The notes under the pieces are model-generated. The model saw nothing but the letters and a program-made list of their open reading frames with translations. It was not told where the DNA came from and searched no databases. The position numbers and the translations under genes are program-made. Positions 50,908-60,276 of a DNA stretch of 64,000 nucleotides are shown here, piece by piece (the first letter of the stretch is position 1; the number at the start of each line of letters is the position of its first letter). Source of the DNA: Acidimicrobiaceae bacterium (GTDB lineage Bacteria; Actinomycetota; Acidimicrobiia; Acidimicrobiales; RAAP-2); NCBI GenBank assembly GCA_003160115.1, contig PLQL01000034.1:146382-210381 (forward strand), in the 5' to 3' direction.

Positions 50908-51401
50908 GGTACCTCGGGCAGGTCGAACAGGACGCTGCGACCTTCAGGTCCAATGGACCGCTTGAAGAGACGCTCGACGAGGGCGACCGCCGTGGGCACC
51001 GTAGGCGCCTTCTTCGTCCAGACCAGGTAGCCCGCGATCACTCCGAGCAGGCGGTCAGAAACCTCGTCACCGTGCAACAGCACGACGATGTTCGAACTCA
51101 TGGAGTTCGCGATGTCCTGGTAACACGCTTCGAGGACCTCATGCTGCTGAGGTCCTCCGCGAAGCGCGTAGTGACTCGCGGTCAGCCCGTGTTCGAAGTA
51201 GGCACTCAAGTTCTGCATCTCGGGCAGGATCGAGATGACACGACCAAACCCCTGGTGCTTTAACCAGAGCAGTTCCTCGTCACGACGCACGCGCCGGTGC
51301 ACGGTCGTCGAGCCACCCGGTCGTTCGGACACCGCGAGGATCCCCTTGTAGACCCAGGTGAAACTACGCGGCTCGATGCCGGCGGCCCACTTTCCCCTCA
51401 C
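50904..51401 (-). CDS. Uncharacterised protein, probable PTP/dual-specificity phosphatase-like fold lacking the catalytic Cys
   Basis: F.WV..G.LA.S.RP, L...G..RVIS, H at LTASHY, VLLHGDEVSDR in place of V.VHCxxGxxR, IA.YL..W; GTGA overlaps on both sides. Confidence 0.7.
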   Translation of the reverse strand: MRGKWAAGIEPRSFTWVYKGILAVSERPGGSTTVHRRVRRDEELLWLKHQGFGRVISILPEMQNLSAYFEHGLTASHYALRGGPQQHEVLEACYQDIANSMSSNIVVLLHGDEVSDRLLGVIAGYLVWTKKAPTVPTAVALVERLFKRSIGPEGRSVLFDLPEVP

Positions 51402-52198
51402 GAGACAACCTCCTCGACGGGGCGCACGAGCAACTCACGTAGCTGCACGGCGGCGACAGCGTCATGTACTCGAACCATACTGACACCTTCGAGCATCGCC
51501 CAGGCCTCGGTGGCGATCGAGCCCTCGAGCCGTTCGTCCACCTCGAGTTCGTCGGAGCCCAACCGCGCCAAGAACCGCTTCCGGCTCGTGCCCACGAGCA
51601 CCCCCGCGCCATATTTCTGGGCGAGTGCCACGAATTGGCGACTGTGCGCGAGCAGGGCCAGATTGTGCTCGACGGTCTTGCCAAAACCAATGCCCGGGTC
51701 GATCCACAGCGGCCGCACACCGCGTTGCTGTGCTCGGGCCGCCAGATCGGCGAGAAACGCCGCCACTTCGTCGACGACGTCCTCGTAGGTCGGCCTTACC
51801 TGCATGGACCTGGGCTCACCCTGGGCGTGCATCGCGACGTAACCCACACCCAACTCCGCGGCGACGTCGAGCAACCTCGCGGACACGTCATTGATGATCG
51901 ACGCGCCGACGCCCACCGCCGCTCGAGCCACCACTTCCTTCTTCGTGTCCACCGACACCGGTCCTACGAGGGCCAGTTCGCGAATAACCGGCAACACCCT
52001 CGCCAGCTCCTCGTCGACCTCGACGGGATCGGCGCCCGGGCGCGTTGACTCGCCACCAACGTCGACCACGTCACAACCGACGTCGAAGAGTTCGCGTCCG
52101 CGCGCGACCGCGTCCTTCGCAGCCTGGGTACGAGCCGCGGGAAAGAAAGAATCGGGTGTCACGTTCACGATGCCCATGACGAGAGGACTCAGCGCCAC
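51398..52198 (-). CDS. folP: Dihydropteroate synthase
   Basis: MGIVNVTPDSF, DVGGESTRPG, SVDT, INDVS, DPGIGFGK, G.SRKRF, RVHD. Confidence 0.98.
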   Translation of the reverse strand: MALSPLVMGIVNVTPDSFFPAARTQAAKDAVARGRELFDVGCDVVDVGGESTRPGADPVEVDEELARVLPVIRELALVGPVSVDTKKEVVARAAVGVGASIINDVSARLLDVAAELGVGYVAMHAQGEPRSMQVRPTYEDVVDEVAAFLADLAARAQQRGVRPLWIDPGIGFGKTVEHNLALLAHSRQFVALAQKYGAGVLVGTSRKRFLARLGSDELEVDERLEGSIATEAWAMLEGVSMVRVHDAVAAVQLRELLVRPVEEVVS

Positions 52199-52770
52199 GT
52201 GGACCTTCGTTGGTGGATGTACTGAAGCGCCTCGGCCCGGTAGGCCGCGTCATCGCGAAAGACCCCACGAACCGCCGACGTCACGGTCGTCGAACCGGCC
52301 TTCTTTACGCCGCGCATCGACATGCAGAAGTGTTCGGCCTCGATGACCACGATTGAACCCTTGGGATGCAACTCACGTTCCATGGCTTCGACGATGTCGG
52401 TGGTCATGCGTTCTTGGACCTGGAGTCGGCGCGCGAATCCTTCGACGAGCCGAGCCATCTTGGACAGCCCCGTGATTCGTCCGTCCAGACCGGGCAGATA
52501 GGCCACGTGGGCGAGTCCGGTGAAGGGAACGAGATGGTGCTCACAAAGCGAGGTGAAGGGGATGTCGCGCACCATGACCATCTCGTCGTGGCCGGCTTCG
52601 AAGGTGACGCGCAGGTGCTCGCCCGGATCGGCCTCGAGTCCCTCGAAGAGTTCGACGTACATGTCCGCCACGCGACGCGGCGTGTCGACGAGGCCTTCTC
52701 GCGTGGGGTCCTCGCCGATCGCTTCCAGCAGTTCTCGTATGAGACTCTGGACGCGTGGGTGGTCAACCAC
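52189..52770 (-). CDS. folE: GTP cyclohydrolase I
   Basis: GEDP.REGL.DTP.RVA, S.CEHH..PF.G, GLSK..R, QER.T, H.CM.MRG. Confidence 0.98.
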   Translation of the reverse strand: MVDHPRVQSLIRELLEAIGEDPTREGLVDTPRRVADMYVELFEGLEADPGEHLRVTFEAGHDEMVMVRDIPFTSLCEHHLVPFTGLAHVAYLPGLDGRITGLSKMARLVEGFARRLQVQERMTTDIVEAMERELHPKGSIVVIEAEHFCMSMRGVKKAGSTTVTSAVRGVFRDDAAYRAEALQYIHQRRSTWR

Positions 52771-52772
52771 GG

Positions 52773-53342
52773 CTAAGCCTTACCGACGAAGGTGTAGATC
52801 CCGTCGAGGTTGCGGTAACGCTCGTTCACGTCGAGTCCGTAGCCGACCACGAAGTCCGAAGGGATGGTGAAGCCCACGTACTTGAGCGACTGTTCGACGC
52901 GTTGTTCGCCTTCTTTTAGGAGCAATGCGCACACTTCGAGGCTCTTGGGATTGCGGGCGCCCAGATATTGGCGCAGGTAGTTGAGGGTGAGGCCCGAGTC
53001 GACCACGTCTTCGACAATGAGCACGTCACGGTCAGCTAGGTCGACGTCGAGGTCCTTGACGATACGCACCACGCCGCTCGTCTTGGTCGCCGCACCGTAG
53101 GAGGAGACGGCCATGAAGTCGACTTCGACGGGCAATTCGATCGCGCGCATCAAGTCCGACATGAAGTTGATCGCGCCCTTCAGCACGCAGACAAGCAGCG
53201 GAGGATGTCCGGCGTAATCCTGCGTGATCTGGCGGCCGAGTTCGTTCACTCGGTCCTGGACCTCCTTCGCTGAAACCACCACCTCACCCAGTTCGTGCTG
53301 CGCCCACTGTGCGGTGAAGTCTTCCGGTGAATGATGACCCAT
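52773..53342 (-). CDS. hpt: Hypoxanthine phosphoribosyltransferase
   Basis: VLKGA..F..DL, SSYG, LIVEDVVDSG.TL, FVVGYGLD...YRNL. Confidence 0.98.
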   Translation of the reverse strand: MGHHSPEDFTAQWAQHELGEVVVSAKEVQDRVNELGRQITQDYAGHPPLLVCVLKGAINFMSDLMRAIELPVEVDFMAVSSYGAATKTSGVVRIVKDLDVDLADRDVLIVEDVVDSGLTLNYLRQYLGARNPKSLEVCALLLKEGEQRVEQSLKYVGFTIPSDFVVGYGLDVNERYRNLDGIYTFVGKA

Positions 53343-53363
53343 GCACCGAGAGTAGTGGAGTCA

Positions 53364-54248
53364 CTACTCGAGCGTGAGCCGTTGTGCACTTCGTGACAAC
53401 CGCTTCTTGCCGGCGAGTTCGGTCGCGACGACGTCACCGCGCACGACGCCCAGTGCACGTTCGATCTCCTCCGACGACGGCGGGTGCACGCCGTCGGCGT
53501 CGTCGTGGCTCAGTTGCGCACGCAACCAGCGACGAAGACGCGCACTCGGCCACTCGCGCAACTCTCGACAGTCCACGTCTTCGAGCCCTCGAGCGAGGTC
53601 GGGGCCGCCCAGCACGTCGAGCCAGGCCCGCTCCTCGTGCACCAACGCGGCCTGTCGCGCGAGCAGTGGCACGACGTCGCGACCCGCCACGTCACAAAGC
53701 ACCGGGAGCAACTCGTGACGCACGCGATTGCGGCGAAAGTCCGCACTTTCGTTCGTCTCGTCGTAGAGCGGTTGATAGGGCGAGCCCGCGACGTAGTAGT
53801 GCAGGTCGTTGCGGCGCACGTCGATCAAGGGCTTGCTGGGGTCACCGACCATCGGCGAAAGACCATCCAGGCCCGCTCCGCGCATCATGTTGAGCAAGAC
53901 CGTCTCGGCGAGGTCGTCCATCGTGTGTCCCGTGAGCACCCCCACCGGTAACGCGGCCCGACGCGCGGCGCGAGCGCGCGCTTCGAAGTTCGCCCCCGGT
54001 TCGACCGTGACGTCGTGGACCGAGAAGGGGACGCCCAGTTGCGCGCAGAGTCCTTGCACGGACGTGGCCTCCTGGGTGCTCGAGGCCCGAGCGTGGTGAT
54101 CAACGTGGTGCACGTGCACGACAAGACCCGCGGCCCGGGCGAGGAGCAAGAGACCGAGCGAATCGGGGCCGCCCGATACCGCCAGGTCGACGGCTCGAGT
54201 GCGCGGCGGAAAGTGGCACCGGGCGAGCAGACTCTCTTCGAGGTTCAC
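53364..54248 (-). CDS. tilS: tRNA(Ile)-lysidine synthase
   Basis: AVSGGPDS, H.DH, EARAR.AR, GHT.DD.AET.L, D.TN...RRN.VRH. Confidence 0.95.
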   Translation of the reverse strand: MNLEESLLARCHFPPRTRAVDLAVSGGPDSLGLLLLARAAGLVVHVHHVDHHARASSTQEATSVQGLCAQLGVPFSVHDVTVEPGANFEARARAARRAALPVGVLTGHTMDDLAETVLLNMMRGAGLDGLSPMVGDPSKPLIDVRRNDLHYYVAGSPYQPLYDETNESADFRRNRVRHELLPVLCDVAGRDVVPLLARQAALVHEERAWLDVLGGPDLARGLEDVDCRELREWPSARLRRWLRAQLSHDDADGVHPPSSEEIERALGVVRGDVVATELAGKKRLSRSAQRLTLE

Positions 54249-54257
54249 TTCCTTAGG

Positions 54258-55067
54258 TTACGCAAGCGCGCCCCGTGGACGCCGGGACTGCGCGAGGGAC
54301 CATCCCCTCGCCACGAGGTACACCCCTGCGCTCATGGTGCCCACGAAGAAGCCGATCGGGAGGTTCGTCCAGTAGGAACTCGCAACAGCCTCCCACAACG
54401 TGATCACGGAGAACACCACCGAAAGCGCGAGGGCGCGAAGGGGGCGACTCGTCACGATCCGCGCTGCGGCCGGAGGACCGACCATCAACGAGAAGGTGAG
54501 CAAGGCTCCCACCACCGGTACGGCGAGGGCCGACGAGAGCGCGACGACCACGAGGAACGCGACGTCGATCACGCGCACGTTGACACCCTTGGCGACGGCC
54601 AGTTCGGGAGAGATCGAACTGAGCAGCAGTGGGCGATAGAGGGTCGACAGACCAAGCACGCACACAACGGCCAGTAGGGCGACAGGTAGCAACTCACTCG
54701 AACTCACGCCAAGGATCTCGCCAAAGAGCAGGGCGTTCACGGCGGGTTCGTAGGCATTGCTCGTCGCGAGGAACGCGGCGCCCAGTGCGAGCATCATCAC
54801 GAGCGCGAGTGCGGTCGCCACGTCGCTGCGCGTGCGCCGGCTGAGGGCGCTGATCCCAAAGGCGGCCCCGAGGGCAAAGACCACCAGACCGACGAGCGGG
54901 TTGACACCGATCAGGTTCGCGCCCGCCGCGCCGGCGAAGGCGCCGTTGGGTATGGCGTGCGCCGCGAACGCGGAACCTCGCAGCACGACGAAGAAGCCCA
55001 CCGATCCAGCGAGCAAGGCAATGATGGTCCCGCTCAGCCAGGCGTTGGTCATGAAGCTCGAGAACAT
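54258..55067 (-). CDS. Metal (Zn/Mn) ABC transporter permease
   Basis: GFFVVLR..AFAAHA, LLFG.ILG, VGALL...V.PPAAA; ZnuB family. Confidence 0.92.
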   Translation of the reverse strand: MFSSFMTNAWLSGTIIALLAGSVGFFVVLRGSAFAAHAIPNGAFAGAAGANLIGVNPLVGLVVFALGAAFGISALSRRTRSDVATALALVMMLALGAAFLATSNAYEPAVNALLFGEILGVSSSELLPVALLAVVCVLGLSTLYRPLLLSSISPELAVAKGVNVRVIDVAFLVVVALSSALAVPVVGALLTFSLMVGPPAAARIVTSRPLRALALSVVFSVITLWEAVASSYWTNLPIGFFVGTMSAGVYLVARGWSLAQSRRPRGALA

Positions 55068-55979
55068 TCAGACCCATCCCACTTGTTCGGGGACCGTCAA
55101 GGATTCGGGCAGCGCCGTAGTTCGCTGGCGCCGGCGCCACGCGACGAGGCTGACGACGACGAACTCCGCCGCGACGTCGGCCACGACGAAGAAGCTGACG
55201 GGCAAACCACGACCTGAACCGAGCCAGTAGTAGCTGTCGTAGGCGAACACGACCCCCAACCACGTCGCGGCGACGCCCAGGGCGCAGGCGAGCACGAGAG
55301 CGTGCGAGAGCCGTGAGGCGACTCGAAGGGCGCTCGCGGGAGGTCCGATCAGCAAGGCGGTCGAGAGGATCGATCCAATGACGATCGCCGACAATCCCAC
55401 GGCTGCGGCGAGCATGACCATGAAGATGAGGCCGACCACTCGAAGACGAACGCCGCGCGCCGCGGCGAGTTCGGGACTTATCGAACTCATCAGGAGCGGT
55501 CGACGAATCAGCGTGACGCCAGCCAGTACGACCGCGCTGAGCACCAGCACGTCAGGCACCGTCGACGGAGCCACGGTGAAGACCGAACCGAAGAGTATTG
55601 ATTGCGTCGAACCGGTCGTCGTGGTCTGCAATGTAATCAAGTAGAGAAACAGCGCGGAGAGCCCCGTCGCCGCGCCGAGGACGACACCGGTTGCGACGTC
55701 GCGGTCCTTTACTCGCTGCACACCGATGGCGTCCATCGCTCCCGCCCCGATCACCCCGCCGCCAATGAAACCGACCAAAGGTGACAACGCCGCCAGTGAA
55801 GCGCCCGCCCCTCCCGCGGTCGCCACGTCGGTGAGCGCGTGTCCGGCGAACGACTGACCTCGAAGCACCGTGAAGACACCGACGACCCCCGAGACAATCG
55901 AGACAAGCGCCCCGAGCAAGAGTGCGGTACGCACCGTGTCGTTGGAGAAAAGTCCGGGCTCGAAGAGGAAACGCACCAT
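55068..55979 (-). CDS. Metal (Zn/Mn) ABC transporter permease
   Basis: GVFTVLRGQSFAGHAL, LFGS, GSILSTALLIGP. Confidence 0.92.
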   Translation of the reverse strand: MVRFLFEPGLFSNDTVRTALLLGALVSIVSGVVGVFTVLRGQSFAGHALTDVATAGGAGASLAALSPLVGFIGGGVIGAGAMDAIGVQRVKDRDVATGVVLGAATGLSALFLYLITLQTTTTGSTQSILFGSVFTVAPSTVPDVLVLSAVVLAGVTLIRRPLLMSSISPELAAARGVRLRVVGLIFMVMLAAAVGLSAIVIGSILSTALLIGPPASALRVASRLSHALVLACALGVAATWLGVVFAYDSYYWLGSGRGLPVSFFVVADVAAEFVVVSLVAWRRRQRTTALPESLTVPEQVGWV

Positions 55980-56797
55980 CAGTCGACGACGACTGGCGGG
56001 TGATCGGCCACGAGTGAGTCGCCGTGCCCATCTCCCCCGGCGACGACGAGCACGCGACCGTGGACCCGCAACACGTCGACGTGATGACCGTAGAGCGCAC
56101 TCAACACCTCGGGCTGGACCACCTCGTCGGTGGTTCCGCTCGCAACGCGGCCGTTGGCCACGTAGACCACGCGGTCCATCACCGGGAGCAGGGGGTTCAT
56201 CTCGTGGGCCGAGAGCAGGATCGCGACGTGTTGATCGGTCACGACCGAATGCAAGAGTTCGATGATCTCCTGGGCGCTTCCCGGGTCGAGGTTGGCGAGG
56301 GGCTCGTCCAGCAACAAGAGCTCGGGCTTGCTCACCAGCGCGTGCGCGATCAGCACGCGCTGTTGCTCGCCGCCGGACAAGGAGCCGATTCGCCTGTTCG
56401 CAAACGACGTCGCTTCGACCGATTCGAGCATCTCGTCGACCAGATCGTCCGTGTGGTGCGAGCGCCGGGCGAGGCCAAAACGATGTCCGTCGATCCCTAG
56501 AGCCACGAAATCGCGCACGCGCACCGGGACGTCTGTTTCGAAGAGGACTTTCTGAGGGACGTACCCCACCGAACTGTTCGAACGAGTCATGGGCGCACCG
56601 TGGACCAGCACGCGTCCGCGAACGACGTCTTGCAACCCGAGAAGCACGCGTAGCAGCGTGGTCTTGCCCGCGCCGTTCGAGCCGATCAACCCCGTGAACT
56701 CACCGTGGTCGATGCGAAAGTTGACGTCACGCAGTATCATCCGGCCCGACAGTGCGACGTCGACGCCGTCCACTTCTAAGAGGTCAAGACCAACCAT
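55979..56797 (-). CDS. Metal ABC transporter ATP-binding protein
   Basis: GSNGAGKTT, GYVPQ, LSGGEQQR, LLLDEP, SAH. Confidence 0.95.
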   Translation of the reverse strand: MVGLDLLEVDGVDVALSGRMILRDVNFRIDHGEFTGLIGSNGAGKTTLLRVLLGLQDVVRGRVLVHGAPMTRSNSSVGYVPQKVLFETDVPVRVRDFVALGIDGHRFGLARRSHHTDDLVDEMLESVEATSFANRRIGSLSGGEQQRVLIAHALVSKPELLLLDEPLANLDPGSAQEIIELLHSVVTDQHVAILLSAHEMNPLLPVMDRVVYVANGRVASGTTDEVVQPEVLSALYGHHVDVLRVHGRVLVVAGGDGHGDSLVADHPPVVVD

Positions 56798-56809
56798 GAA
56801 TTCTCCTTC

Positions 56810-57760
56810 TCATAACGACGTGGTGGACTCGTGGCGTTCGATAGCCCGAGTGAGCGCGTGGACCTCGGCGAGCATCCAACTCTGATAGTCGTAACCCGGT
56901 ACCGGCATGGTCTCGTAGACCGCCACGACCGGCACGTGCGACGATTTGGCCAGATCGCGCAGCGACGTCGTCACCGGACTGATCACCTGTGCGTTGTAAC
57001 AGAACAACTTGACGATGTGGTCGGTGAAGAGCTTCTGCTGGAACGCAATGTCCTCGGGGCTCGGATCGACGCCATTCATGACGTCGGCTTGAAAGGAGAA
57101 CGGCGTCACGTTGTCAAGCCCCAGCGCCTTCAGTAGATAGTCGGCCACCGGCTCGGTCGTCGCGACCTTGACGCCCTTGAACTCGGCGCGAAACACGGAA
57201 ATCGCGCGCGCGAGGGGCACGAACGACGAGTCGAACGTCGTGAGCCGACGCTCAAAATACGCGCCGTGCGCGGGATCGATCTTGGCGAGGCCGTGCTCGA
57301 CCGACTGAGCGACCAGAGGCATCGTGGTCGGTTCGTACCAAAGGTGAGGGTTCTTCACCTCCGAGCTAAGCCCGAGGAGTGACTGCACCGAGATCACCTT
57401 GCGTGACGAATTCGAGGACGACGACTCCAACTGCTCCATGAAGGTGTCGTAGCCCACGCCGTTTTGCACGATGAGTTGCGCCGACGCAATCTCGCGGGCG
57501 ACGCTCGTACTTACCTCGAACGAGTGGGGATCGGTGTTGGGGTTGCTCATGATGGACGTCACGTTGACGTAGCGGCCGCCCACTTGGGCAATGACGTTGG
57601 CGTACTCGTTCTCCGCGCCCACCGCGCGAATAACGGTCGGCGACGACGCCCCGGCTAGGGACGCCTGAACCAGGGAAGCGACGACGATCGTGGCGGCGCT
57701 GAGCAGGCCCGTCGCGACGTGGGCCCTGCGCCTCGTAATCGCGCCTTTTCCTGGAATCAT
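56810..57760 (-). CDS. Metal ABC transporter substrate-binding protein (ZnuA/TroA family)
   Basis: DPHSFE, NG.GYD, NPHLW, TEP, V.V.ET; leaderless TAACGT-N7-ATG. Confidence 0.92.
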   Translation of the reverse strand: MIPGKGAITRRRAHVATGLLSAATIVVASLVQASLAGASSPTVIRAVGAENEYANVIAQVGGRYVNVTSIMSNPNTDPHSFEVSTSVAREIASAQLIVQNGVGYDTFMEQLESSSSNSSRKVISVQSLLGLSSEVKNPHLWYEPTTMPLVAQSVEHGLAKIDPAHGAYFERRLTTFDSSFVPLARAISVFRAEFKGVKVATTEPVADYLLKALGLDNVTPFSFQADVMNGVDPSPEDIAFQQKLFTDHIVKLFCYNAQVISPVTTSLRDLAKSSHVPVVAVYETMPVPGYDYQSWMLAEVHALTRAIERHESTTSL

Positions 57761-57789
57761 TCTAAGTACGTTACTTGGAATCGTTCCAG
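57751..57789. promoter_or_regulatory. Two Fur-family-like 7-1-7 boxes
   Basis: CTGGAATCATTCTAA (57751-57765) and TTGGAATCGTTCCAG (57775-57789) between the SBP gene and divergent Fur/Zur gene. Confidence 0.65.
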
Positions 57790-57819
57790 AAAACAAGTGG
57801 GGACCGCTAGGCTTCCATC

Positions 57820-58212
57820 GTGACTTCGACCCGTAATACCGCCCAGCGCCGCGAGGTGATCAGTGCGCTCAGCGGCGTCCAGGGCTTCGTGAGCGCCCAA
57901 GACCTGCACGGAATGATCACCAAGAGCGGCGGAGCCATCGCGCTCGCCACGGTGTACACGCAACTGAAGAAACTGGCTGAGAGCGGCGGCGTGGACCTCG
58001 TGATGACTGACCGGGGCGAGACGCTCTATCGAAGGTGCGTGATCGACGTCCACCACCATCATCTGGCCTGTCGACTCTGCGGGGCCGCGGTCGAAGTCGA
58101 CGCACCCGATCTCGAGCGCTGGGCGAACGATATCGCCACCCAACACGCCTATCGCGACCTGCGCCACGTACTCGAACTCAACGGAATCTGTCCGACGTGC
58201 CAGTCCCGCTGA
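57820..58212 (+). CDS. Fur-family regulator (Zur-like)
   Basis: R.T.QR, F.SAQ.LH, LATVY, HHHHL.CR.CG, E..G.C..C. Confidence 0.9.
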   Translation: MTSTRNTAQRREVISALSGVQGFVSAQDLHGMITKSGGAIALATVYTQLKKLAESGGVDLVMTDRGETLYRRCVIDVHHHHLACRLCGAAVEVDAPDLERWANDIATQHAYRDLRHVLELNGICPTCQSR

Positions 58213-58961
58213 CACTCAGTTCGCAAATTCGCGGACAACTTCGCGTTCACTGTGCCACGGAACTGGCTCGCTTCGGCGTTGACGCGATCATCACTGACCG
58301 GCAAGGCGGCGTGAGCGCGGGCAACTACGAGTCGCTCAATCTTGCCCTGCACGTCGGTGACGAGGAAGACGACGTGCGCGAGAATCGTTGTCGCGTCGCC
58401 GCGGCGTTGGGTGTCAATGAGGACCATCTCGTCTTCGCGGATCAGGTGCACGGTGACCAGATCGCCGACGCGCGAACTGGCGCGCCCGTCGAACAGGCCG
58501 ATGGACTCTTTTCTTCGCGGTCGGACCTCGCACTGGCGATCATGGTGGCCGACTGCGTGCCGGTGCTCTTGGTAGACGAGCACTCGCCTGGTTTTGCCGT
58601 CGTGCACGCGGGTTGGCGGGGTTTACGCGGCGACGTTCTCAAGAACGCCGTCGAACGGTTCAGCGAACCGGCGTCGGTGCACGCGTTTCTCGGGCCCTCG
58701 ATCTCAGCTCGGCGTTACCAGGTCGGTCCTGAGGTCGCCGACAACTTCCGTGACCTGCCCGGCGTCGTCCACGCCGACCGCGGTGATCGCTCGCTGCTCG
58801 ACCTGCGCTTGACCGCTGCCCTACTCCTGGTGGGACTGGGGCTGCGCGACGAGCACGTAGGTGTCTGCATGGAGGACACTGACGACGCCACGACGTACTA
58901 CAGCGCCCGCGCCGAACAGCCCTGTGGACGATTCGCCCTCGTCGCACGAAGGTCTGCGTAG
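58197..58961 (+). CDS. pgeF: PgeF/YfiH laccase-domain protein
   Basis: TDR.GGVS...Y.SLNL..HVGD, QVHG, ADC.PV, HAGWRG, GPSI....Y.VG; start uncertain. Confidence 0.9.
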   Translation: MPVPLTLSSQIRGQLRVHCATELARFGVDAIITDRQGGVSAGNYESLNLALHVGDEEDDVRENRCRVAAALGVNEDHLVFADQVHGDQIADARTGAPVEQADGLFSSRSDLALAIMVADCVPVLLVDEHSPGFAVVHAGWRGLRGDVLKNAVERFSEPASVHAFLGPSISARRYQVGPEVADNFRDLPGVVHADRGDRSLLDLRLTAALLLVGLGLRDEHVGVCMEDTDDATTYYSARAEQPCGRFALVARRSA

Positions 58962-58962
58962 C

Positions 58963-60276
58963 ATGAAAGGACATGGATCCGGCCCGCCCATGAAGCACCG
59001 CGCAGAGGTGTTTCGTTACGTCGGACTTGAGATGGATCAGACCACGCTGGTGGGCCACTACGAACTCGACGGACTCGCTTTTGACGAGGTCGTCACCTTC
59101 GAGGGTGTCGAGCCGCTCGACCAGCCGGCCTTGCGTTCGCTCGGCGAACTCTGGTACCTCCTCGCAGGCCTCTCGTACTACAAGGCGGGTGCGGCGCGCA
59201 CGGTTGACCTGGGCTCCACTCCCCTGGGGCCCTCGGGTGGTGAGCTCCTTCGAGCGGCCCTGGTCGACGGGCTCGGCGAATACTCGTACCGCAACGATCT
59301 CTCGTTCGACGACGTCGCCTTTACCGGTGGCGTCGAGGTCGAACTTCACGCCACCGCGACCGACCCTTATAAGGTTCTGACCCCCTTCGGCGGGGGCATC
59401 GATTCGGTGGTCACCACCACCCAACTCTCGTCACGGCTCGATCAGGCACTTTTCATCGTGAGCCCCTCGAGCGGACGCTTTGATCCCCTCGAACGGACCG
59501 CCGCGGTGACCGGTCTACCCATTGTGCGCGCCCGGCGCTCGATCGACGCCAAGATCCTGAATGATCACGGTACGTTTCTCAAGGGCCACGTGCCCGTGAC
59601 GGCCATGGTCACCCTGCTCGCCGCGATCGCCGCGCTCGCGAACGGACGCGGAGGCATCGCGATGAGCAACGAGCACTCCGCGTCCGAACCCAACCTTCGC
59701 TGGAAGAACCGCGACGTGAACCACCAGTGGTCCAAGTCCTGGGTCGCCGAAGAACTGATCGCGCGCGCCGTTCGTGAACGGGTCGGTGACAGCCTCGTCG
59801 TCGCGAGCTTCCTGCGGGATCGAAGCGAGTTGTGGGTCGCTCAGAAATTCTCTGAACGCAGCGAGTACCACCACGTCTTTCGCAGCTGCAATCGCGCCTT
59901 CAGCCAGGACCAAGCGCAGCGTCTGAGCACTTGGTGCGGTGTGTGCGACAAGTGTCTGTTCATCAACCTGGTCCTGGCACCGTTCCTGTCGCGTGCACGG
60001 CTCCGATCCATCTTCAACGCAGAGCCCCTCGCCGATCCGTCGCTGGAGGAGCAACTGCGCTCACTGGTTGGCATTGGCGTGGACCACAAGGCGTTCGAGT
60101 GCGTCGGCGACCCCGACGAGAGTGCCGTCGCACTGGTGAAGGTCGCCGCGCTCGAGGAGTGGGCGGACGTGGCGTTTCTGGGCGCGACGGCGCTACTCGC
60201 GAGCCCCGACCGCACAATCGAAGAACTACTCGAGCGCCAAGGACCGAGCCGTGTTCCGGCCCACTGGTTTCGCTGA
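58963..60276 (+). CDS. murL: UDP-MurNAc-L-Ala-L-Glu epimerase MurL
   Basis: AG.SYYK, PFGGGIDS, GHVPVT, SNE.SA, VNHQ.SK, F.SCN, WCG.C.KC.F, K.FECVG. Confidence 0.88.
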   Translation: MKGHGSGPPMKHRAEVFRYVGLEMDQTTLVGHYELDGLAFDEVVTFEGVEPLDQPALRSLGELWYLLAGLSYYKAGAARTVDLGSTPLGPSGGELLRAALVDGLGEYSYRNDLSFDDVAFTGGVEVELHATATDPYKVLTPFGGGIDSVVTTTQLSSRLDQALFIVSPSSGRFDPLERTAAVTGLPIVRARRSIDAKILNDHGTFLKGHVPVTAMVTLLAAIAALANGRGGIAMSNEHSASEPNLRWKNRDVNHQWSKSWVAEELIARAVRERVGDSLVVASFLRDRSELWVAQKFSERSEYHHVFRSCNRAFSQDQAQRLSTWCGVCDKCLFINLVLAPFLSRARLRSIFNAEPLADPSLEEQLRSLVGIGVDHKAFECVGDPDESAVALVKVAALEEWADVAFLGATALLASPDRTIEELLERQGPSRVPAHWFR

